Of a stretch of 64,000 nucleotides of DNA, positions 27,201 to 36,266 are shown piece after piece. Within the stretch, counting starts at the first letter, position 1, and each line of letters opens with the position of its first letter. This stretch comes from Phoronis australis. Taxonomy: Eukaryota; Animalia; Phoronida. The stretch is from the NCBI GenBank assembly GCA_002633005.1, contig NMRA01000811.1, positions 62,001-126,000 on the forward strand, given 5' to 3'. The translations under genes were made by a program, and so were the position numbers. The notes beneath the pieces are model-generated. The model was not told the origin of the DNA. It saw only the letters and a program-made list of their open reading frames with translations, and searched no databases.

Positions 27201-30200
27201 CTCAAAAATATTTTCCTAGAATTTATTTCTGGACATTAGATTACTTCCAAGAAAATAATTCTGACTCACCATCACACACGAAGTGCAATGTGCAACAACC
27301 CAAAGTTAAAAATACATTTATCTTTTCTATCAAAGCAAAACCAGACCAAGACATGAAAGTCAAGAGTCTATAGTTCGAAGTCACTTTGCAAACGGATTGT
27401 TGTAATTTTTATTCACAAGTCTTAATTTCTGTCTCTCCTCAACAGGTCAATGAGGCGGAGCCCAACGTGATGTGGTTGTCTGGACTGCACATTCCTGAGT
27501 CCTACCTGACCGCCCTGGTACAGGCCACCTGTCGTAAGAATGGTTGGCCACTAGATAAGAGCACTCTGTACACAGCTGTCACACAGTATGCTGCGCCTGA
27601 GGATGTGGCTGAGAGAGCCCACCAGGGTATGTGTTGTCAGTGGGATAGGGTGGGGGTGTCAATTGACATTCCGGGCTTGGCTGTTCAGAATGCACGTGGG
27701 GTAATAAATTAATTATCTTCTCAGCCAGGACCATAAATCCCTTCTTAAGCTGTGTTTATGTGCACAATCCAACTGGGACAGTGGTATGCTGAGTGGTGAG
27801 CTGAGTTCACAAAGATCTTCTTTTACTGACCTTGCAGGTCAATTTCAAAAGGTCTATTGTGTGTGAATATCACCCATGATATACAAGCATGTGAAAAATT
27901 CTAAGGCACTATACCGACTAGTTATACTCTCCAACCCATGTTGGATGAGAAAGCAATTGATGAAATGGCACCAGAGGTTAGCCACCTGATTACTTTGCAG
28001 TTGAACTGTCTGGACTGGCCAACAGGAGCAACAAGAATTCGAAAACATGTTAAAACTGTTTCTCCAACCTTTGTTCTCAGTGACTGGGAATCTTTGGGAA
28101 ACTTTTAGCTGGTAGTTCAACAGAGTTTTATCATTGCAAATATTTTTGTCGCACTTTTCCTGATTTCATGTACGCTTTCCGTGCTGCTTCAGGTTGCTTT
28201 GTGACTGGTCTGTACCTAGAGGGCGCCGCCTGGGATCTTGGCAACAGCTGTCTGGTCCGACAGAAGCCTAAACAGCTCATACAGGAGTTACCTGTGCTCA
28301 AGGTCATACCTATTGAGGCACACAGACTCAAGCTGCAGGTCAGTTTACTGGCATTTAGTTGGAAATAAACTGTTGTTGTGCTTCTTGCAAAGCTTGAGTT
28401 CAGTTCCTTGGATATGGGGGAGTTTAGTGTAACTTGAATGTAAAAAATTATGGAACACGGCTGACATCTGAGTGTTTGAAATGTTGACCAGAACGTGCTT
28501 GACTACCGTAGTTTGATAATGTTCTTACCTTGTTCCAATTTGTTTTAAGGTTTGAACGGAATGAGAATTTTATTCCTCCCAGAATTCCCCCGAGTACTAC
28601 CATGAGATACGGACATGCGCAAAGCGGACCATTCCACGGACTTATCTTCTAGAGGAAGACGTGTTTTTCCTTTGGAAGGTTTTTTCGCGCAAGTTACACC
28701 GCGACCACGCTCAATTGCATAACTCTTTGCTAATGAGCATTTTCTTCTTATCAACTATATCATCATCTTGGAAGTTTTGGCCGACCGAGCTCACCGACTC
28801 TGTGTGACTCGACGGGCCACACAATGCCCGGTTTTACCGGCGCTGAGCATTACGACTCTCTATTGGCCTTATCGTATTTTCAGGCCTACCTGCTTTGGGG
28901 CTTCCGTGACTCGACACGGACCATGTGGAGTGGTTGATAGTTGTTCTATCCTCGTACGCTTAACTCTTTGCGTATTTAACACTCACATTTGGGCTTTTGG
29001 CACAGCGCACATGAGGCTCGCATGACTCATCAGTCAAGTATTTCTTTGTGTGCCTCACTGTACTGACACGTTACGTCATACCCACGCACAGCTGTACATT
29101 GTTTACCACTTTGTACACGCCTTTGACCTTTGCACCGAATGTGCCCTCTTTGTGCTCGGCACTGTCGACGCCAGCGATCCTGACACTCTTTTGTTCGTCG
29201 GTTGCCATCGCTTCCCGGTTACACCCGGGTTTTTCGAGTTGCACTCGCTGCCCGCTCTAATCCCTGGGAACGCATCTTAGTCATTCACACATTATGCAGC
29301 GCGGGTTTTTACAGCCAATCCCGGCGCACTTGTGAGGTCACGTGCGGAGGTGGTTCGTTCCCACCAATCAGTTTCCACCCTCGGGTATTTAGGCATTTGC
29401 TGTTGCAGGCTCGGACATATCGCAGTTTTCGCCTGTTCGTAGCGCATCAGACAGCACTTCATCATGCCGAAGGACTCCGCCGATAGGAAATCTGGATCAA
29501 CTTCGATCGAGAAGCCCCCGAAGAAGACATCTTNCAACTGAAAAGAAATTTGTAGAGAACTATGTTTACGTAACTTGTTAACCTGTTTGACTCAAAAATA
29601 TATTCCTAGAATTTATTTCTGGACATTAGATTACTTCCAAGAAAATAATTCTGACTCACCATCACACACGAAGTGCAATGTGCAACAACCCAAAGTTAAA
29701 AATACATTTATCTTTTCTATCAAAGCAAAACCAGACCAAGACATGAAAGTCAAGAGTCTATAGTTCGAAGTGACTTTGCCAAGGGATTGTTGTAATTTTT
29801 TACTCATAAGTCTTAATTTCTGTCTCTCCCCAACAGGTCAATGAGGCGGAGCCCAACGTGATGTGGTTGTCGGGCCTGCACATTCCTGAGTCCTACCTGA
29901 CCGCCCTGGTACAAGCCACCTGTCGTAAGAACGGTTGGCCACTAGATAAGAGCACTCTGTACACAGCTGTCACACAGTATGCTGCGCCTGAGGATGTGGC
30001 TGAGAGAGCCCACCAGGGTATGTGTTGTCAGTGGGATAGGGTGGGGGGTGTCAATTGATATTCCGGGCTTGGCTGTTCAGAATACACATGGGGTAATAAA
30101 TTAGTTATCTTCTCAGCCTGGACCATAAATCCCTTTTTAAGCTGTGTTTAGATGTGTCCAACTGGGACAGTGGTATGCCTTACAGCTGAGTTCACAGGTC

Positions 30201-31197
30201 AATTTCAAAAGACCTATTGTATGTGAATAACACCATGATTTACAGGCATGTGAAAAAATCTAATTCTCGACTAGTTATCATCTCCAAGCCATGTTGGATG
30301 AGAAAACACTTGCTAAAATGGCACTAGAGGTTAGCCACTTGATTACTTTGCAGTTGATCTGTCTGGACTGGGGAACAGGAGCAACCAGAATTCGAAGACA
30401 TGTTAAAACTGTTTCGCCAACCTTTGTTCTCAGTGACCTGGAATCTTCTGGGAGATTTTTAGCTGGCAGTTCAACAGAGTTTTATCATTGCAAATCTTTT
30501 TGTCATGCTTTTCCTGATTTCATGTACGCTTTTCTTGCTGCTTCAGGTTGCTTTGTGACCGGTCTGTACCTAGAGGGTGCCGCTTGGGATCTTGGCAACA
30601 GCTGTCTGGTCCGACAGAAGCCTAAACAACTCATACAGGAGTTACCTGTGCTCAAGGTCATACCTATAGAGGCACACAGACTCAAGCTGCAGGTCAGTTT
30701 ACTGGCATTTAGTTGAAAATAAACTGTTGTGCTTCTTGCAAAGTTCATTTCTGTGGATATAGGGGAGTTTAGTGTAACTTGAATGTAAAAATGGAACACG
30801 GCTGACATCTGAGTGTTTGAAATGTTGACTAGAATCTGCTTGAGTTATCTGAAGTTCGACTACCTTAATTTGATGATGTTCTTACCTTCTTCCAATTTGT
30901 TTTAGGGTTTGAACGGAACGAGAATTTTTTGTCCACCTCTCTGATGTAGTGGTCTTGAAATCAAAATCTTGAAATTGATGTTTTGTGTTTTTTCCTCTTT
31001 ACCAAAAAGACATCAGTTTTATTTGGTGTCTGTTTGTTCTATTTTTTCAGAACACGTTCCGTACTCCGGTGTACGTCACATCACAGAGGCGTAACGCCAT
31101 GGGGGTGGGGCTGGTATTTGAAGCTGACCTGGCCACGACAGAGCATCAGAGTCACTGGGTGCTGCAGGGAGTCTGCCTCATTCTCAACACAGACTAG
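141..31197 (+). CDS. DNAH10: Axonemal dynein heavy chain 10-like, 3' portion (spliced; 5' part lies upstream of window)
   Basis: Exons with GT-AG ends join into one reading frame with dynein motifs: [14 protein letters not shown]-loops [16 protein letters not shown] and [41 protein letters not shown], stalk coiled coil, and C-terminus [14 protein letters not shown]. These are recognisably DNAH10-type. Confidence 0.92.
764..955 (+). CDS. DNAH10: Dynein HC exon ([10 protein letters not shown]...LEQQ)
   Basis: cag|GAT ... CAG|gtactg. Confidence 0.9.
1088..1212. repeat. 33-bp minisatellite, ~3.8 copies
   Basis: acaacacatagtactgcatggcaatattgcatt repeated. Confidence 0.85.
1625..1743 (+). CDS. 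DNAH10: Dynein HC exon, AAA2 P-loop (GPTGGGKS)
   Basis: cag|GCT ... CAA|gtaagt; manual translation [28 protein letters not shown]. Confidence 0.9.
2129..2423 (+). CDS. DNAH10: Dynein HC exon (AAA2)
   Basis: cag|AC ... GAG|gtacgt; [25 protein letters not shown]. Confidence 0.9.
2783..3040 (+). CDS. DNAH10: Dynein HC exon
   Basis: cag|GTG ... CTG|gtgagt; [13 protein letters not shown]. Confidence 0.9.
3422..3620 (+). CDS. DNAH10: Dynein HC exon
   Basis: cag|GTT ... CAG|gtaagc; YWSLGACL. Confidence 0.88.
5255..5529 (+). CDS. DNAH10: Dynein HC exon, AAA3 P-loop (copy A)
   Basis: cag|GG ... TTT|gtaagt; [16 protein letters not shown]; duplicated at 6587-6861. Confidence 0.8.
5577..5707. repeat. 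48-bp minisatellite, at least 2.7 copies, cut by N
   Basis: tgactgactattggattgggttgccttgtgttatattgaacattgatg repeated; single copy in the other duplicate at ~6895. Confidence 0.85.
6587..6861 (+). CDS. DNAH10: Dynein HC exon, AAA3 P-loop (copy B)
   Basis: Same protein as 5255-5529, with one synonymous ATT/ATC change noticed. Confidence 0.8.
7164..7316 (+). CDS. DNAH10: Dynein HC exon
   Basis: tag|TTG ... CAG|gtttgt; [15 protein letters not shown]. Confidence 0.9.
7671..7996 (+). CDS. DNAH10: Dynein HC exon
   Basis: cag|GTG ... GG|gtgagt; [21 protein letters not shown]. Confidence 0.9.
8322..8529 (+). CDS. DNAH10: Dynein HC exon
   Basis: cag|C ... GAA|gtaggt; [17 protein letters not shown]. 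Confidence 0.9.
9523..9687 (+). CDS. DNAH10: Dynein HC exon
   Basis: cag|GGC ... GAG|gtatag; [14 protein letters not shown]. Confidence 0.88.
10087..10497 (+). CDS. DNAH10: Dynein HC exon, AAA4 P-loop (GVGGSGKQ)
   Basis: tag|ATC ... AAT|gtaagt. Confidence 0.92.
10979..11218 (+). CDS. DNAH10: Dynein HC exon
   Basis: cag|ATT ... GAC|gtaagt; [20 protein letters not shown]. Confidence 0.9.
11264..11515. mobile_element. Old intronic MITE (TA-bounded imperfect ~30-bp TIRs)
   Basis: TACGGTAAAATCTTATCTCTTACGGACAAA versus reverse complement of right end TACAGGAAAATCTCACCGATTAAGGACAAA. Confidence 0.55.
11818..12015 (+). CDS. DNAH10: Dynein HC exon
   Basis: cag|AAT ... CTG|gtcagt; VTPKNYLDF. Confidence 0.9.
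12368..12601 (+). CDS. DNAH10: Dynein HC exon, stalk CC1
   Basis: tag|TGC ... AAG|gtgaga; [14 protein letters not shown]. Confidence 0.88.
12947..13044 (+). CDS. DNAH10: Dynein HC exon, stalk
   Basis: cag|AAA ... AG|gtgaga; [17 protein letters not shown]. Confidence 0.88.
13331..13512 (+). CDS. DNAH10: Dynein HC exon, microtubule-binding domain
   Basis: cag|G ... AG|gtatgt; [12 protein letters not shown]. Confidence 0.88.
13867..14003 (+). CDS. DNAH10: Dynein HC exon
   Basis: tag|GT ... AAG|gtactc; [11 protein letters not shown]. Confidence 0.88.
14501..14718 (+). CDS. DNAH10: Dynein HC exon, stalk CC2
   Basis: cag|GTG ... CG|gtgagt; [12 protein letters not shown]. Confidence 0.9.
15175..15396 (+). 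CDS. DNAH10: Dynein HC exon
   Basis: cag|A ... AA|gtgaga; [14 protein letters not shown]. Confidence 0.88.
15830..15917. repeat. (CAT)n microsatellite
   Basis: Imperfect CAT run. Confidence 0.9.
16017..16164 (+). CDS. DNAH10: Dynein HC exon, AAA5
   Basis: tag|G ... AAG|gtaatt; [21 protein letters not shown]. Confidence 0.9.
16652..16787 (+). CDS. DNAH10: Dynein HC exon
   Basis: tag|ATT ... AG|gtgagt; [14 protein letters not shown]. Confidence 0.88.
17823..17921. mobile_element. Small hAT-like MITE remnant
   Basis: CAGGGGCGAATCCAG ... CTGGATACGCACCTG inverted ends; TSD not evident. Confidence 0.45.
18147..18282. repeat. (CA)n microsatellite
   Basis: Long CA run. Confidence 0.95.
18472..18626 (+). 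CDS. DNAH10: Dynein HC exon
   Basis: cag|GT ... AAG|gtaagc; [19 protein letters not shown]. Confidence 0.9.
19469..19687 (+). CDS. DNAH10: Dynein HC exon
   Basis: cag|GGC ... GAG|gtattt; GLEDQLL. Confidence 0.9.
20273..20650 (+). CDS. DNAH10: Dynein HC exon
   Basis: cag|GTT ... AAG|gtgagg; [19 protein letters not shown]. Confidence 0.9.
20976..21131 (+). CDS. DNAH10: Dynein HC exon
   Basis: tag|GGT ... GAG|gtgagt; GNIALEK. Confidence 0.88.
21519..21857 (+). CDS. DNAH10: Dynein HC exon, AAA6
   Basis: cag|TGG ... AAG|gtaata; [15 protein letters not shown]. Confidence 0.9.
22612..22812 (+). CDS. DNAH10: Dynein HC exon
   Basis: cag|ATT ... AAG|gtgaag; [15 protein letters not shown]. Confidence 0.9.
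23105..23410 (+). CDS. DNAH10: Dynein HC exon
   Basis: cag|GTT ... GAG|gtaagg; [12 protein letters not shown]. Confidence 0.9.
23881..24052 (+). CDS. DNAH10: Dynein HC exon
   Basis: cag|GTG ... TG|gtatgg; [12 protein letters not shown]. Confidence 0.9.
24423..24510. repeat. Two-copy direct repeat (~44-bp period)
   Basis: gtctgcac(g/t)ctccattaacactggctggttgtatgcaaaata twice. Confidence 0.8.
24811..24942 (+). CDS. DNAH10: Dynein HC exon
   Basis: cag|AC ... AG|gtaatg; [14 protein letters not shown]. Confidence 0.9.
25276..25487 (+). CDS. DNAH10: Dynein HC exon
   Basis: cag|GT ... AGG|gtaggc; [11 protein letters not shown]. Confidence 0.9.
25807..25974 (+). CDS. DNAH10: Dynein HC exon
   Basis: cag|GCG ... 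TGG|gtaggt; ALAGEVGMS. Confidence 0.9.
25969..26390. repeat. 37-bp G-rich minisatellite, ~11 copies, starting at an exon donor site
   Basis: Unit GTACATGGGAGATAATGTGGGTAGGTGGAGGTTAGAT. Confidence 0.9.
27446..27626 (+). CDS. DNAH10: Dynein HC exon (copy A)
   Basis: cag|GTC ... GG|gtatgt; [15 protein letters not shown]. Confidence 0.8.
28193..28338 (+). CDS. DNAH10: Dynein HC exon (copy A)
   Basis: cag|GT ... CAG|gtcagt; [10 protein letters not shown]. Confidence 0.8.
28571..29533 (+). mobile_element. Insertion present in only one duplicate copy; probable 5' end of a retroelement, truncated by contig break
   Basis: Absent from copy B at the equivalent point (~30928); CpG-rich and compositionally unlike the flanking intron; ends in an ORF start [23 protein letters not shown] running into the N. 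Confidence 0.55.
29837..30017 (+). CDS. DNAH10: Dynein HC exon (copy B of 27446-27626)
   Basis: Same protein, synonymous differences only. Confidence 0.8.
30547..30692 (+). CDS. DNAH10: Dynein HC exon (copy B of 28193-28338)
   Basis: Same protein, synonymous differences only. Confidence 0.8.
31051..31197 (+). CDS. DNAH10: Dynein HC terminal coding exon
   Basis: cag|AAC; [14 protein letters not shown]...[17 protein letters not shown]. Confidence 0.92.
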   Translation, partial: NTFRTPVYVTSQRRNAMGVGLVFEADLATTEHQSHWVLQGVCLILNTD

Positions 31198-32220
31198 ACA
31201 CCTGTGGTGTCACGGGGGGTCCTCCTTATTCGCATCACTAATTGGACATTCTGGGTTGAAGGTGATGTCTCGCCTGTTCACATAAACTATTGACTATAGC
31301 TACTCTACTTTACTTTACATGGTCACACAAACTTAACTTCTCAATACCATACTTGTAAGTAAAACATTGTTAAAACATTGTAACTTTTTTATCCAGGAAG
31401 AAAATCCAACATGAAAATCTTCTCCATAGTTTGTTCAATCAATTTAATTGAATTATTGCTAATAGTTGCCTTTTATCCATACTTCCAAATGATTACAAAG
31501 TTCATCACTTGACTGGTTGCATACTTTAGCTTTGCTACTTGTTGAACCTATGCAAATTACTATTATATATTACGTATCAGATTATTATTTTATTTTGATA
31601 ATTTTTATACTTAAATTATTCCTTACAATACATTCCAGTATCATAACATTGCGTCTATTTTTGGTCTTGAATTCAGAGTCTCATTCTTATAGATTCCTAG
31701 GAAATCAAGCCTTGGTCTACTGTGTTAACTTTATGTTACTTGAAGTGGTTATATAAACCTGCCTTCGGTCACAGACATGATTGTTTGACTTAGTCCATTT
31801 ACCAATTTGGAATTGATCTAATATTGTATTGGAGGTGATTTCTGGTCTTGGAAAAATGACAAGTTTGTTATTAGTGGAGACAAGACTTCTACAAGTTAGC
31901 TAGTCATGGCAAAACAAACTCTTATGCACCAAGCAATAAGATCTGTCGTTTTTTCCAAGCCCAGAGGTCAGGTGTCATTTGAGTGAGGAAGAAGCCAGAC
32001 CAGTTTTGTAGCTGTACATGGTTTAAGTCAAAATTTTACTTTCTTTGTTGGAATGCAGGTTCAGGGCCGCTTTAAATTAACATTCAAATCTGTGATAGAT
32101 GTGTACATATATATCCGTCCAGTTCTCAAGAGAAAAAGCCACACTTTTGTGTTCAATGAGTTTTAGAAGATTTTTTATTTAAAGTTGTGATTGTTTATTC
32201 AAAAGTTTATTGTGTATTTG

Positions 32221-32226
32221 AATAAA
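32221..32226 (+). promoter_or_regulatory. Candidate polyadenylation signal for dynein gene
   Basis: AATAAA about 1 kb after the stop, in T-rich context with T/GT-rich sequence downstream. Confidence 0.45.
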
Positions 32227-32774
32227 TATTTATGTTCATTACTCTGTCTTGTTAAAATAAGGGCTTGGTTACAGTGCTTTTCATAATGCTGAAAACCAAG
32301 ACTAAAAGGGCAACAGGCAAACGCAGGGCTAAAGGGGTTTAGGGGTCATTTCAAAATATCTGATATGCCAGTCAAAAACTGATTTATGATGACTTGCAGC
32401 GCGTAGATGTTTGGGTTAGCCTTCTTTCCAGCCTCTAACACCCACTGAGTCAGCTTCGTGCAGAGGAGCGTTCACGTCCAGAATTTGCCATTTTTACCCC
32501 CCCTCCTCCCCCTATGTGATCAAGGTTATCATGATATAACCCCCTGCCCCGTCCATTCTCTAATTGCGTCACTACAGCCAACCCCTGTTTTTGGAATTAC
32601 CAACATTTCGTTGGAGATTCGATCTTGGGACAAACTGTCTTTTTATGATCGTAAGTTGAATTTGCTGCGATTGTATTCAGCAATGAACACTCCCTGAATA
32701 TTTCTATAGCTAACTACGCCAGACGAGTTAGGGTAGGGCGGGGAAAATGTGTGTTTATAAGGAAGGCCTGGTCG

Positions 32775-33176
32775 TTAATTTCCGACGATAAATCCACACG
32801 ATGGAACGCCCATGGGCGTTTATTCGTAAAATTATACGGGATAACCGTCCGTGGGCGTTTATTTGGTGTTACAACTTCTGGTGTCGAGTGTCCAAATAGT
32901 GGGACGTTTACTCGGAAAATTTCCCTTAAAGCCCACTCAGCGTCATCTTGTCACAAATTCAGTTTTGTGGAGCATTTATTACTGGAAAAACGAACAAGTT
33001 GTTGAACTATGCATAAAATTTAAAAACAAGTAAAATATGCTAAAGTCAGCAAATCTATGACTCCGTTTAAAATCCCCCGTTTTCGAATAGGCCTATACGT
33101 CCTTGCGTTTGTTTGGTGTCGCTAAAACACCTGGAAATTTTCATTTTTCCAAATACACGCCCACGGAAAATCCCGG
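32775..33176. mobile_element. Diverged copy of the 37386 MITE family
   Basis: Shares acgcccatgggcgtt, aaagcccactcagcgtca and the right TIR GGAAAATCCCGG|TA. Confidence 0.7.
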
Positions 33177-33890
33177 TAGCAGTTTTACTGGCTAAAACGC
33201 TAGCGAAAACCCTATTACAGATGCAGCCAGCAAGCTAAATTTGACGAAACGCAAATGCACATAGGCTTAAAGTGTATATTGCATTTTCACGAAAAGCTAT
33301 GGATACGTCAGACTGTCTAAAATGTTACCGTGATGCACATATGTCATTTCTGTGCTTTGCACTTTAATATATCTTACGTGCACTTTACACCAGACAAATC
33401 GCCACCCTTTCAACCAACTTGTGTTTTTTCAAAAAATCGCAATATGAAACTGACCCTGACGCAACAATATGGTCAGACTGTGTGCCAAAATAGGCCCATG
33501 GGAAATCGTCAAAGGAAGCCGATTATACCGACTCAGGCGTATTTTGGGGAACGAGGAGAGGCATTATTTTCCGAAACTCATACGTAATATGTGGTTTTGT
33601 TAAACAAACATTTGTGAGTTTTTAACGAAACACATCCTTTTTAATGTATGTAATTGTATCTCACTGGTAAGTTTTTTTCCATACTTATTCCGCATTCAGC
33701 AAACAGTTAGTTAAAACCGTTTTTCTTAGTCTTAGTTACCAACAAAATCGACAAATATTTCGTTAAGTGGTAGTCATTCGACCGAAATCGCGACCCACAA
33801 AATATACATCTAATATCTCTCCCAAATAATGCTTTACTTTAAAATACATTACACACGGATTATATAACGAGTCCTTCAGATTTTCAAGAC

Positions 33891-36266
33891 ATGCTAACAG
33901 TTACCGAAAATACGCATATGGTTGTACTTTTTGAAAATTTTCCGAAAGTACGCCGATTGGCGCACTTGCTTTGTGGTGAGTCTACATTTTCGGAAATTCC
34001 CGGTAATTGTCATTTGACGTGTACGATTGGTGACGTCGACCTATTCGTGACGTATTCACTTTACAAATTTCGTAAAATGAACCCGGGAATGGCTCACAGA
34101 GTCATTCAAAACTTTATAAAAGTTACGATATCATGGTTTTTAGACTTTATTTTGCGAATTGTGCTGAGAACGACAGAGAAAGTTTACTTTGTCACAAGGA
34201 AATTTCCTCACATTGCGTCTTTTAGCAAGAAAGACGCTTCTGGAACCACGGCAGTGAGTGACAAGTGGTCAGGAGACGCATCTGACGCGTCTAAAACTAT
34301 TCAGAAAGCAAACGTTGACACTAAATTAATGGAATCTTATGTCAGGTGTGTAACAGATTTGTGTTGTCTTCTTGTGATAGCATCACGCCGCAAAAAGGCA
34401 AACGCTGTCGACAAATCAATGGACCTCGGTGGGCATGTCACCGAGTGTGAAGTCGAGTGCAAAATTGGAAACTCGACAACCATCTACAAAGAAGACGCTA
34501 AATGTGAAAGAAACACTTCGGAAGAAGTGTCCCGCGATTCCACAGAGAACGACGTGAAGGTAAAACACAATGTCCATGAAAATACGGATCTAACAATTGT
34601 ACATAAAGACCAGATTGATGACCCTGATGCTGAAGGGAGAGAAGTCGTACAATTGAACCTTAGAAACAAACCAGACGACGTCGAAGATGTTCAACAGGAA
34701 GTCATTCAACTGTCACGTACCACTGGATTCGCGGTGAAATCTGAAAGCAACCCCGTTCAGAATGACCACTTAGAAGACGCCACACTGTCTGGTTTCACTA
34801 AGACAACTGATTCTACAGTTTCGGAGGAAGTGTACCCCATTTCAGCAAAGAAAGATGAGAACATCAAGAGCAATATGCATGAGAAGATAGATCTACCAGA
34901 TGTAGATAAAGACACTATTAGTGACCCTGATGAGAGAGGGAGGAAAGTAGTAGAATTGGATAGCAGAAAAAAACCAGGTGACGTTGACCATGTTAGACAG
35001 GAAGTCATCCAACCGTCAGACATGACTGGGTTCGATGATGCGGCTGATGGTATGGAGAAAGTCCTGAAATCCAAAAGTAAAAGCGTTGAAGGTTACCACT
35101 TTGGAGAAGCCACAACGTCGACCGAGTCTGTAGATTCAGAGGAAGTATGCCACATTTCCGCAGACAAAGAGGAATTGGTGAAGAAGAATGTCCATGCAAA
35201 GACGGATCTAAAACAGTTACTGGCAAGTCAAATCCCTATTATTACACCCGACGAAGAAAGTTGTATCGAAATACGAAATATTGAGATCATTCCAGTAGAC
35301 ACCACACTTTGTGACATTCATGGGTTGCCTTACGGTGCAACATTCTTTTCTACTGAATGAGCAGCTTCAGAAACCATCTGCCACAGCTCTGCACGTATGA
35401 TTGACACTGGAGAGAGAGAAGTCGGTAAACTGGAAGGTAGAAATAAGTCAGGCGACGTTGGAGAAGTTCGACAGAAAGTCATCCTCTCTTCAGGTATTGC
35501 TGAGTTCGCTGACAATGATGATAGTAGGGAGAAAGTCCTGAAATCCGAAAGCAAATTCGTTGGAAGTGGTCACTTAGAAGACATCACACTGTCTGATTTC
35601 AAAGATTTGACCGAGCCTACAGTTTCCTCTGCGATTGGGAAAACGTTTACACAGGACACACGACGCTCCACATCTGCGACTCTGTGCAGCAAATCAGGCA
35701 GCGTCGAAGGTATAAGCCCAGAGGGTGCAAATCTGCACAGCTTCGCCAAGTTGTCCCTAGATGCTATTTCTTCTCATACTGCAAATCTTTTAGAGTACAC
35801 GTTTGTACCTGAAACTGACGAGAAGGACAAAATAAAATTTCAGGGCAGCGGTCTGTCCAACAAAAGTGTAGATATGCGATTGGACGACATTAAACCTTCT
35901 AATGTCGCCACCCAGCCTCACAATCACATTTCGTTTGGGAGGTTGCATTTTCCAAAGAATATTGATGTGCCCGTAATCAGTAAAGATGACATTAATGTCA
36001 CAAATCGTCAAGCTAAGAACGAACCAGAGGAGGTTGAGGATGCTCGCCTAGAAGACGGCAGATTGTCGCCTTTTGCAACGTTGCTTCAGTATGATTTTTG
36101 TTTTGCTGCTGGGGATAATTCAACGGACACTGAATACGACGGGAAAAGTAAAACAAGATTGCAAATTAGCGGCAAGCCATACATCATGGAGGGCATTCGT
36201 TCAGAAGATGTCGAGGCGTTTGTGGATGTGCCTCTTGACGACGATTCCTCTGTTTCAGCAAAATAA
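33891..36266 (+). pseudogene. Intronless orphan reading frame with degenerate ~100-aa acidic repeats, interrupted by one in-frame TGA at 35358-35360 (gene, nonsense allele or young pseudogene); likely start ATG 34077 or 34089
   Basis: ORFs 33891-35360 and 35397-36266 are in the same frame with no other stop between them; repeat unit continues across the stop. Confidence 0.6.
33950..34056 (+). promoter_or_regulatory. Candidate promoter: three TGACGT (CRE-like) motifs and two ATTGG (reverse CCAAT) boxes
   Basis: TGACGT at ~34015, 34031 and 34048; GATTGG at ~33955 and 34025; clustered just before ATG 34077. Confidence 0.4.

Larger units (their letters stand above)
27145..30928. repeat. Tandem duplication (~1.4 kb unit) joined by single N at 29534; probable allelic false duplication
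   Basis: 29535 onward restarts at the sequence seen at 27145 (caactgaaaagaaatttg); shared to gagaatttt. Confidence 0.85.

Noticed and set aside
35358-35360. Selenocysteine codon
   Set aside because: Aligned repeat positions are Ser, not Cys; there is no redox motif and I could not recognise a SECIS by eye; kept only as a minor alternative
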